A DNA stretch of 64,000 bases from Eledone cirrhosa (lineage: Eukaryota), in contig OZ024760.1 of assembly GCA_964016885.1 (NCBI GenBank), positions 32,984,001 through 33,048,000 of the forward strand, read 5' to 3'. Below are positions 30,001 through 41,286 of this stretch, in pieces. A program made the position numbers and the translations under genes. The first letter of the stretch is position 1, and each line of letters begins with the position of its first letter. Under the pieces are notes generated by a model. That model made no database searches. It was not told the origin of the DNA and saw only the letters and a program-made list of their open reading frames with translations.

Positions 30001-33000
30001 ATCTGACCAACAGACTGGTCATCTGACCAAAAAAATGGTCATCTGACGAACAGATTGGTCATCTCACCAACAGACTGGTCATCTGACCAATTGACTGTTC
30101 TTCTCACCAACAGACTGGTCATCGGACCCACAGACTGGTCATCTGACCAACAGACTGGTCTTCTCACCAACACACTGGTCATCTGACCAACAGACTGGTC
30201 ATCTGACAAACAGACTGGTCATCTGGCCAACAGACTGGTCATCTGACCAACAGACTGGTCATCTGACCAACATACTGCTCATTTGACAAACAGACTGGTC
30301 ATCTAACCAACAGAATGGTCATCTGACTAACAGACTGGAACAGACTGGTCTTCTCACCCACTGACTGCTCATCTCACCAACAGACTGGTCATCTCACCAA
30401 CAGACTGGTCATCTGATCAACAGACTGGTCATCTGACCAACAGACTGATCATCTGACGAACAGACTTGTCATCTCACCAACAGACTGGTCATCTGACCAA
30501 CAGCCTGGTCTTCTCACCAACAGACTGGTCATCTGACCAACAGACTGGTCATCTGACAAACAGTCTGGTCATCTGACCAACAGACTGGTCATCTGACCAA
30601 CAGACTGGTAATCTGACCAACAGACTGGTCATCTCACCAACAGACTGATCATCAGACCAACAAACTGTTCATCTCACCAACAGACTGGTCATCTGACCAA
30701 CAGACTGGTCATCTGACCCACAGACTGGTCATCTGATCAACAGACTGGTCATCTGATCAACAGACTGGTCATCTCAACAACAGACTGGTCATCTCACCAA
30801 CAGACTGGTCATCTGACTAACAGACTGGTCATCTGACCAACAGACTGGTCATCTCACCAACAGACTGGTCATCTCACCAACATACTGGTCATCTGACTAA
30901 CAGACTGGTCTTCTGACCAACAGACTGGTCATCTGACCAACAGACTGGTCATCTGACCAACAGACTGGTCATCTCACCAACAGACTGGAAATCTGACCCA
31001 CAGACTGGTCATCTCACCAACAGACTGGACATCTGACTCACAGACTGGTCATCTCACCAACAGATTGGTTATCTGACCAACAGACTGGTCATCTGACCAA
31101 CAGAGTGGTCTTCTGACCAACAGACTGGTCTTCTGACCCACAGACCGGTCATCTGACCAACAGACTGGTCATCTGACCAACAAACTGGTCTTCTGACTAA
31201 CAGACTGGTCATCTGACCAACAGACTGGTCATCTCACCAACAGATTGGTTATCTGACCAACAGACTGGTCATCTGACCAACAGAGTGGTCTTCTGACCAA
31301 CAGACTGGTCTTCTGACCCACAGACTGGTCATCTGACCAACAGACTGGTCATCTGACCAACAAACTCGTCTTCTGACTAACAGACTGGTCATCTGACCAA
31401 CAGAGTGGTCATCTCACCAACAGATTGGTCATCTGACCAACAGACTGGTCATCTGACCAACAGACTGGTCATCTGACCAACAGACTGGACATCTGACCCA
31501 CAGACCGGTCATCTGACCAACAGAATGGTCATCTCACCAACAGACTGGTCATCTGACCAACAGACTTGTCATCTGACCAACAGATTGGTCATCTAACCAA
31601 CAGACTGGTTATCTGACCAACAGACTGCTCATCTCACCCACAGACTGGTCATCTCACCAACAGACTGGTCATCTCACCAACAGATTGGTCATCTGACCAA
31701 CAGACTGGTCATCTGACCAACAGACTGGTCATCTGACCAACAGACTGGAAATCTGACCCACAGACCGGTCATCTGACCAACAGAATGGTAATCTCACCAA
31801 CAGACTGGTCATCTGACCAACAGACTTGTCATCTGACCAACAGATTGGTCATCTAACCAACAGACTGGTTATCTGACCAACAGACTGCTCATCTCACCCA
31901 CAGACTGGTCATCTCACCAACAGACTGGTTATCTGACCCACAGACTGGTCATCTGACAAACAGACTGGTCATCTCACCAACAGACTGGTCATCTGACAAA
32001 CAGACTGGTCATCTGACCAACAGACTGGTCATCTGACAAACAGACTGGTCATCTGACCAACAGACTGGTCATCTGACGAACAAACTGGTTATCTGACCAA
32101 CAGACTGGTCATCTGACCAACAGACTGGTCATCTGACCAACAGACTGGTCATCTCACCAACAGACTGGTCATCTGACCAACAGACTGGTCATCTTACAAA
32201 CAGACTGTTCATCTGACCAACAGACTGGTCATCTGACCAACAGACTGGTCATCTGACCAACAGACTGGTCATCTCACCAACAGACTGGTCATCTCACCAA
32301 CAGACTGGTCATCTGGTCAACAGACTGGTCATCTGACCAACAGACTGGTCATCTGACCAACAGACTGGTCATCTGACAAACAGACTGGTCATCTGACCAA
32401 CAGACTGTTCATCTGACCAACAGACTGGTGATCTCACCAACAGACTGGTCATCTGACCAACAGCCTGGTCTTTTCACCAACAGACTGGTCATCTGACCAA
32501 CAGACTAGTCATCTCACCAACAGACTGATCATCAGACCAACAAACTGTTCATCTCACCAACAGACTGGTCATCTGACCAACAGACTGGTCATCTGACCAA
32601 CAGACTGGACATCTGACCCACAGACTGGTCATCTGACCAACAGACTTGTCATCTCACCCACAGACTGGTCATTTCACCAACAGACTGGTCATCTGACCAA
32701 CAGCCTGGTCTTCTGACCAACAGACTGGTCAACTGACCAACAGACTGGTCATCTGACCAACAGACTGGTCATCTGACCAACAGACTGGTCATCTGACCAA
32801 CAGACTGGTCTTCTCACCAACAGACTGGTCATCTGACCAACAGACTGGTAATCTGACCATCAGACTGGTCATCTCACCAACAGACTGATCATCAGACCAA
32901 CAAACTGTTCATCTCACCAACAGACTGGTCATCTGACCAACAGACTGGTCATCTGACCCACAGACTGGTCATCTGACCAACAGACTGGTCATCTGACCAA

Positions 33001-36000
33001 CAGACTGGTCATCTGACCAACAGACTGGTCATCTGACCAACAGACTGGTCATCTGACCCACATATTGGTCATCTGACCAACAGACTGGTCATCTGACAAA
33101 CAGACTGGTCATCTGACCAACAGACTGGTCATCTGACCAAAAAATGGTCATCTGACGAACAGACTGGTCATCTCACCAACAGACTGGTCATCTGACCAAT
33201 TGACTGTTCTTCTCACCAACAGACTGGTCATCGGACCCACAGACTGGTCATCTGACCAACAGACTGGTCTTCTCACCAACACACTGGTCATCTGACCAAC
33301 AGACTGGTCATCTGACCAACAGACTGGTCATCTGACCAACAGACTGGTCATCTGACCAACAGACTGGTCATCTGACCAACATACTGCTCATTTGACAAAC
33401 AGACTGGTCATCTAACCAACAGAATGGTCATCTGACTAACAGACTGGAACAGACTGGTCTTCTCACCCACTGACTGCTCATCTCACCAACAGACTGGTCA
33501 TCTCACCAACAGACTGGTCATCTGATCAACAGACTGGTCATCTGACCAACAGACTGGTCATCTGACCAACAGCCTGGTCTTCTCACCAACAGACTGGTCA
33601 TCTGACCAACAGACTGGTCATCTGACAAACAGTCTGGTCATCTGACCAACAGACTGGTCATCTGACCAACAGACTGGTAATCTGACCAACAGACTGGTCA
33701 TCTCACCAACAGACTGATCATCAGACCAACAAACTGTTCATCTCACCAACAGACTAGTCATCTGACCAACAGACTGGTCATCTGACCCACAGACTGGTCA
33801 TCTGATCAACAGACTGGTCATCTGACGAACAGACTGGTCATCTCAACAACAGACTGGTCATCTCACCAACAGACTGGTCATCTGACTAACAGACTGGTCA
33901 TCTGACCAACAGACTGGTCATCTCACCAACAGACTGGTCATCTCACCAACATACTGGTCATCTGACTAACAGACTGGTCTTCTGACCAACAGACTGGTCA
34001 TCTGACCAACAGACTGGTCATCTGACCAACAGACTGGTCATCTCACCAACAGACTGGAAATCTGACCCACAGACTGGTCATCTCACCAACAGACTGGACA
34101 TCTGACTCACAGACTGGTCATCTCACCAACAGATTGGTTATCTGACCAACAGACTGGTCATCTGACCAACAGAGTGGTCTTCTGACCAACAGACTGGTCT
34201 TCTGACCCACAGACTGGTCATCTGACCAACAGACTGGTCATCTGACCAACAAACTGGTCTTCTGACTAACAGACTGGTCATCTGACCAACAGACTGTTCA
34301 TCTCACCAACAGATTGGTCATCTGACCAACAGACTGGTCATCTGACCAACAGACTGGTCATCTGACCAACAGACTGGACATCTGACCCACAGACCGGTCA
34401 TCTGACCAACAGAATGGTCATCTCACCAACAGACTGGTCATCTGACCAACAGACTTGTCATCTGACCAACAGATTGGTCATCTAACCAACAGACTGGTTA
34501 TCTGACCAACAGACTGCTCATCTCACCCACAGACTGGTCATCTCACCAACAGACTGGTCATCTGACCCACAGACTGGTCATCTGACAAACAGACTGGTCA
34601 TCTGACAAACAGACTGGTCATCTGACCAACAGACTGGTCATCTGACCAAAAAAATGGTCATCTGACGAACAGACTGGTCATCTCACCAACAGACTGGTCA
34701 TCTGACCAATTGACTGTTCTTCTCACCAACAGACTGGTCATCGGACCCACAGACTGGTCATCTGACCAACAGACTGGTCTTCTCACCAACACACTGGTCA
34801 TCTGACCAACAGACTGGTCATCTGACAAACAGACTGGTCATCTGGCCAACAGACTGGTCATCTGACCAACAGACTGGTCATCTGACCAACATACTGCTCA
34901 TTTGACAAACAGACTGGTCATCTAACCAACAGAATGGTCATCTGACTAACAGACTGGAACAGACTGGTCTTCTCACCCACTGACTGCTCATCTCACCAAC
35001 AGACTGGTCATCTCACCAACAGACTGGTCATCTGATCAACAGACTGGTCATCTGACCAACAGACTGATCATCTGACGAACAGACTTGTCATCTCACCAAC
35101 AGACTGGTCATCTGACCAACAGCCTGGTCTTCTCACCAACAGACTGGTCATCTGACCAACAGACTGGTCATCTGACAAACAGTCTGGTCATCTGACCAAC
35201 AGACTGGTCATCTGACCAACAGACTGGTAATCTGACCAACAGATTGGTCATCTCACCAACAGACTGATCATCAGACCAACAAACTGTTCATCTCACCAAC
35301 AGACTGGTCATCTGACCAACAGACTGGTCATCTGACCCACAGACTGGTCATCTGATCAACAGACTGGTCATCTGACGAACAGACTGGTCATCTCAACAAC
35401 AGACTGGTCATCTCACCAACAGACTGGTCATCTGACCAACAGACTGGTCATCTGACCAACAGCCTGGTCTTCTCACCAACAGACTGGTCATCTGACCAAC
35501 AGACTGGTCATCTGACAAACAGTCTGGTCATCTGACCAACAGACTGGTCATCTGACCAACAGACTGGTAATCTGACCAACAGACTGGTCATCTCACCAAC
35601 AGACTGATCATCAGACCAACAAACTGTTCATCTCACCAACAGACTAGTCATCTGACCAACAGACTGGTCATCTGACCCACAGACTGGTCATCTGATCAAC
35701 AGACTGGTCATCTGACGAACAGACTGGTCATCTCAACAACAGACTGGTCATCTCACCAACAGACTGGTCATCTGACTAACAGACTGGTCATCTGACCAAC
35801 AGACTGGTCATCTCACCAACAGACTGGTCATCTCACCAACATACTGGTCATCTGACTAACAGACTGGTCTTCTGACCAACAGACTGGTCATCTGACCAAC
35901 AGACTGGTCATCTGACCAACAGACTGGTCATCTCACCAACAGACTGGAAATCTGACCCACAGACTGGTCATCTCACCAACAGACTGGACATCTGACTCAC

Positions 36001-38999
36001 AGACTGGTCATCTCACCAACAGATTGGTTATCTGACCAACAGACTGGTCATCTGACCAACAGAGTGGTCTTCTGACCAACAGACTGGTCTTCTGACCCAC
36101 AGACTGGTCATCTGACCAACAGACTGGTCATCTGACCAACAAACTGGTCTTCTGACTAACAGACTGGTCATCTGACCAACAGACTGTTCATCTCACCAAC
36201 AGATTGGTCATCTGACCAACAGACTGGTCATCTGACCAACAGACTGGTCATCTGACCAACAGACTGGACATCTGACCCACAGACCGGTCATCTGACCAAC
36301 AGAATGGTCATCTCACCAACAGACTGGTCATCTGACCAACAGACTTGTCATCTGACCAACAGATTGGTCATCTAACCAACAGACTGGTTATCTGACCAAC
36401 AGACTGCTCATCTCACCCACAGACTGGTCATCTCACCAACAGACTGGTCATCTGACCCACAGACTGGTCATCTGACAAACAGACTGGTCATCTGACAAAC
36501 AGACTGGTCATCTGACCAACAGACTGGTCATCTGACCAAAAAAATGGTCATCTGACGAACAGACTGGTCATCTCACCAACAGACTGGTCATCTGACCAAT
36601 TGACTGTTCTTCTCACCAACAGACTGGTCATCGGACCCACAGACTGGTCATCTGACCAACAGACTGGTCTTCTCACCAACACACTGGTCATCTGACCAAC
36701 AGACTGGTCATCTGACAAACAGACTGGTCATCTGGCCAACAGACTGGTCATCTGACCAACAGACTGGTCATCTGACCAACATACTGCTCATTTGACAAAC
36801 AGACTGGTCATCTAACCAACAGAATGGTCATCTGACTAACAGACTGGAACAGACTGGTCTTCTCACCCACTGACTGCTCATCTCACCAACAGACTGGTCA
36901 TCTCACCAACAGACTGGTCATCTGATCAACAGACTGGTCATCTGACCAACAGACTGATCATCTGACGAACAGACTTGTCATCTCACCAACAGACTGGTCA
37001 TCTGACCAACAGCCTGGTCTTCTCACCAACAGACTGGTCATCTGACCAACAGACTGGTCATCTGACAAACAGTCTGGTCATCTGACCAACAGACTGGTCA
37101 TCTGACCAACAGACTGGTAATCTGACCAACAGATTGGTCATCTCACCAACAGACTGATCATCAGACCAACAAACTGTTCATCTCACCAACAGACTGGTCA
37201 TCTGACCAACAGACTGGTCATCTGACCCACAGACTGGTCATCTGATCAACAGACTGGTCATCTGACGAACAGACTGGTCATCTCAACAACAGACTGGTCA
37301 TCTCACCAACAGACTGGTCATCTGACTAACAGACTGGTCATCTGACCAACAGACTGGTCATCTTACCAACAGACTGGTCATCTCACCAACATACTGGTCA
37401 TCTGACTAACAGACTGGTCTTCTGACCAACAGACTGGTCATCTGACCAACAGACTGGTCATCTGACCAACAGACTGGTCATCTCACCAACAGACTGGAAA
37501 TCTGACCCACAGACTGGTCATCTCACCAACAGACTGGACATCTGACTCACAGACTGGTCATCTCACCAACAGATTGGTTATCTGACCAACAGACTGGTCA
37601 TCTGACCAACAGAGTGGTCTTCTGACCAACAGACTGGTCTTTTGACCCACAGACTGGTCATCTGACCAACAGACTGGTCATCTGACCAACAAACTGGTCT
37701 TCTGACTAACAGACTGGTCATCTGACCAACAGACTGGTCATCTCACCAACAGATTGGTCATCTGACCAACAGACTGGTCATCTGACCAACAGACTGGACA
37801 TCTGACCCACAGACCGGTCATCTGACCAACAGAATGGTCATCTCACCAACAGACTGGTCATCTGACCAACAGACTTGTCATCTGACCAACAGATTGGTCA
37901 TCTAACCAACAGACTGGTTATCTGACCAACAGACTGCTCATCTCACCCACAGACTGGTCATCTCACCAACAGACTGGTCATCTGACCCACAGACTGGTCA
38001 TCTGACAAACAGACTGGTCATCTCACCAACAGACTGGTCATCTGACAAACAGACTGGTCATCTGACCAACAGACTGGTCATCTGACAAACAGACTGGTCA
38101 TCTGACCAACAGACTGGTCATCTGACGAACAAACTGGTTATCTGACCAACAGACTGGTCATCTGACCAACAGACTGGTCATCTGACCAACAGACTGGTCA
38201 TCTCACCAACAGACTGGTCATCTGACCAACAGACTGGTCATCTTACAAACAGACTGTTCATCTGACCAACAGACTGGTCATCTGACCAACAGACTGGTCA
38301 TCTGACCAACAGACTGGTCATCTCACCAACAGACTGGTCATCTCACCAACAGACTGGTCATCTCACCAATAGACTGGTCATCTGGTCAACAGACTGGTCA
38401 TCTGACCAACAGACTGGTCATCTGACCAACAGACTGGTCATCTGACAAACAGACTGGTCATCTGACCAACAGACTGTTCATCTGACCAACAGACTGGTGA
38501 TCTCACCAACAGACTGGTCATCTGACCAACAGCCTGGTCTTTTCACCAACAGACTGGTCATCTGACCAACAGACTAGTCATCTCACCAACAGACTGATCA
38601 TCAGACCAACAAACTGTTCATCTCACCAACAGACTGGTCATATGACCAAAAGACTGGTCATCTGACCCACAAACTTATCATCTGACAAACAGACTGGTCA
38701 TCTGACCAACAGACTGGTCATCTGACCAACAGACTGGTCATCTGACCAACAGACTGGACATCTGACCCACAGACTGGTCATCTGACCAACAGACTTGTCA
38801 TCTCACCCACAGACTGGTCATTTCACCAACAGACTGGTCATCTGACCAACAGCCTGGTCTTCTGACCAACAGACTGGTCAACTGACCAACAGACTGGTCA
38901 TCTGACCAACAGACTGGTCATCTGACCAACAGACTGGTCATCTGACCAACAGACTGGTCTTCTCACCAACAGACTGGTCATCTGACCAACAGACTGGTC
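1..38999. repeat. Tandem satellite array, 20-bp monomer CTGGTCATCTGACCAACAGA (about 1950 copies), with higher-order repeats; continues past the left edge
   Basis: Uninterrupted 20-bp periodicity. Common G/C variant (TCTGACC/TCTCACC) and recurrent 10-bp half-unit CTGGAACAGA. Marker GATTAACAGACTGATCATAT at 131, 5558 and 10985. Ends abruptly at ...CTGGTC|GAAAC(CT)n(TA)n. Confidence 0.99.
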
Positions 39000-39003
39000 G
39001 AAA

Positions 39004-39017
39004 CTCTCTCTCTCTCT

Positions 39018-39070
<53 letters not shown>

Positions 39071-39088
39071 AATATATATATATATACA
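39004..39088. repeat. (CT)n/(TA)n microsatellite at the satellite border
   Basis: Direct reading. Confidence 0.95.
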
Positions 39089-39091
39089 AAT

Positions 39092-39812
39092 ATATTACAC
39101 AAATAGAAGTGTGTTACACAGTGAAATGTGTGTAAAGAATTATTACAAGTGATTTTTACCGTTACTGTATAGAAAACAATATCTACAGGTTTAGCAATTA
39201 AATAGAAAAAATCCTAAGTCTGAGTCAAATCTCTGAAGTAGATTTTAACTTACTAACCTTATAACTATAAGTTTGCTGATACGAATTAAGTTCGTTTCGC
39301 CATAGAAATGTGCAGTTTAACAGCCGCAGGTTCATCAGTCAGCAAATGCGGATTCTGTTTACTACACATCTTGCCTAGATAGAGAGAAAGCTAATATACA
39401 CGCTGCCCAGGGTAGGGCGAAATCACGTGTTATTTGCATCAAATAACGGTTCTCATGGATTGGGGAAAATGCTAGAGAGTGCAGCCCAACCATTCGAATT
39501 TGTTTTCTGTGGTGAAACGAACTTAATTCGTATCAGCAAACTTATAGTTATAAGGTTAGTAATTTAAAATCTACTTCAGAGATTTGACTCTGACTTAGGT
39601 TTTTTCTATTTAATTGCTAAACCTGTAGATATTGTTTTCTATACAGTAACGGTAAAAATCACTTGTAATAATTCTTTACACACATTTCACTGTGTAACAC
39701 ACTTCTAGTTGTGTAATATCTGAGATCAGAAGAAAATTCTCTATTCTTCTTTGAGGTAATATTATTATTATTACTGTGAAATGCGGAATGCTCTTAATTC
39801 CGATCCTAGTGT
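39092..39812. mobile_element. Non-coding inverted-repeat cassette with a hammerhead (Penelope pLTR-like remnant)
   Basis: Arms 39092-39308 and 39504-39719 (about 215 bp) are reverse complements. About 195-bp spacer, about 90-bp unique tail on the right, (TA)n on both sides. Confidence 0.75.
39272..39346 (-). ncRNA. Type I hammerhead ribozyme, canonical core
   Basis: Minus strand: TTTGCTGA CTGATGA acctgcggctgttaaactgcacatttctatggc GAAAC GAACTTAATTC GTA TCAGCAAA. Stem I is 8 bp, stem III is ACGAA/TTCGT, cleavage triplet GUA. Confidence 0.88.
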
Positions 39813-39860
39813 GTATATATATATATATATAAAAGAATAGAGGTGTAACACACAAGTTAT

Positions 39861-40130
39861 TATATATTGGTAAACGGAATAAAAAATGCTGACAAATTGT
39901 TCACAGTTGAAAAATGGTTTAATTAGGAATAAAAGAGTATTAGTGATTGTATGGGTTAGTATTCAGTTGTGGTTTTAAGTTTTTAAGTTTTTACCGGTAA
40001 AAACTTAAAAACTTAAAACCACAACTGAATACTAACCCATACAATCACTAATACTCTTTTATTCCTAATTAAACCATTTTTCAACTGTGAACAATTTGTC
40101 AGCATTTTCTATTCCGTTTACCAATATATA
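39861..40130. repeat. Near-perfect spacerless palindrome (about 135-bp arms)
   Basis: Centre ACC|GGT at 39995/39996. One mismatch seen between arms. Bounded by (TA)n. Confidence 0.95.
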
Positions 40131-40364
40131 TATATATATATATGAGATATATATATCTATATGAGATAACAAGTTATTGTTATAGGTTGTGAGTACTCTG
40201 CGTCGTGGATAGTTTTAACGTACGGCTTTGTTTAACTCAACAAGATGTTTCCATAGTTAGACAGCGAGTTTGCGGTAATTCCTACGTAGGTTATACTTGG
40301 AGTAATAATAGTGAAAGAATGAAGAGTAACATGGTTGGCTGTACAATAACGGGCTTTATTTCAG

Positions 40365-40475
40365 GTATTAACAATTGTTTCATTGATCAGGTGAGTCTAG
40401 AGGCCGCTAATCGCTCGAAGTTGCGTCACTCGATCTCCAATACATTATTTACCTCCGGTCAAATCCTCAGAATAC
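40365..40475 (-). ncRNA. Type I hammerhead ribozyme with about 80-nt stem II, in a 330-bp cassette between (TA)n tracts
   Basis: Minus strand: GTATT CTGAGGA tttgaccgg...cctgatcaat GAAAC AATT GTT AATAC, followed by AATAAA. Palindromic stem III (ACAATTGT). Confidence 0.82.
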
Positions 40476-40546
40476 AAAAATAATTCATACAAGGCAAGAT
40501 ATATATAGAGAAATAGCGTATAATCTCTCTCCCTCCATCACTCTCA

Positions 40547-40658
<112 letters not shown>

Positions 40659-40729
40659 AACCAGAGGACCATGTTTTAAACCTGGTGATACAACATGAAA
40701 ACAAGGATGGACATAATGGTTTCTGGTTG

Positions 40730-40870
40730 AGACAAGGCCAGCAATTTGAAGGGGGGGGGGGGCAGATATGTTGATTAAATCGACCCCAGTATTTTACTGG
40801 TTCTTTCATTGACACAAGGAAGGACGAAAGGCAAAGCTGGCTTCTTCCAGCTCATTAAGATTTGATCTCA
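40730..40870. mobile_element. Degenerate SINE-like repeat fragment
   Basis: ACAAGGCCAGCAAT...CCCAGT...ACTGGT...GAAAGGCAAAG is shared with 46984-47084 and 47748-47808. Confidence 0.55.
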
Positions 40871-40896
40871 AATTGTAACACATCAGAATAAATATC

Positions 40897-41113
40897 ATTT
40901 AAACCGGCCATGTCCGGCCAGAATACTTCTCACCTCTTTCTGTTCAAACCAGCTGTACTGGGCTGCTCATACTTATGTTAAGGTATTGTTCTCAAAATAA
41001 ATAATATCAAAATCTCATATATTCGATATTATGTGGGATAATTATGTGAAATAAAGTGTTTACTGTGAAAATACAATAGTAAATATAGAGTAATATAAAT
41101 GCTAAAGAGTTAA
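40897..41113. mobile_element. MITE-like repeat fragment with a piggyBac-like end
   Basis: Similar to 44840-45267 (TGTTAAGGTA.TGTTCTCAAAATAAATAAT...TTCGATATTATGTG). Ends CTAAAG(A/G)GTTAA, resembling a CCC-type TIR plus TTAA. Confidence 0.5.
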
Positions 41114-41189
41114 ATCCTTCATTTGGTGTTTTAATGGTTCCACCAATTCAACAAAAAATAAGAAGTTTTGTTTTTGTAATTTAAAACAC

Positions 41190-41245
41190 ATTTTTATTAA
41201 TGTTTATTCATTTATTTATTCATTTGTGTTTTGTTTTGTTTATTT
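41190..41245 (-). promoter_or_regulatory. Cluster of AATAAA polyadenylation signals downstream of the stop codon of the minus-strand gene
   Basis: Several TTTATT motifs on the + strand 45-100 bp after the stop at 41287. Confidence 0.55.
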
Positions 41246-41286
41246 ATAGTCTTTCTTGGTTGTCTCCCCTTGATCCACTCTCTAAA

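Noticed and set aside
1-38999. CRISPR array or coding ORFs (21795-26696, 38898) in the palindromic repeat
   Set aside because: No unique spacers, no cas genes, eukaryotic context. The ORFs are chance stop-free runs of the 20-bp unit.
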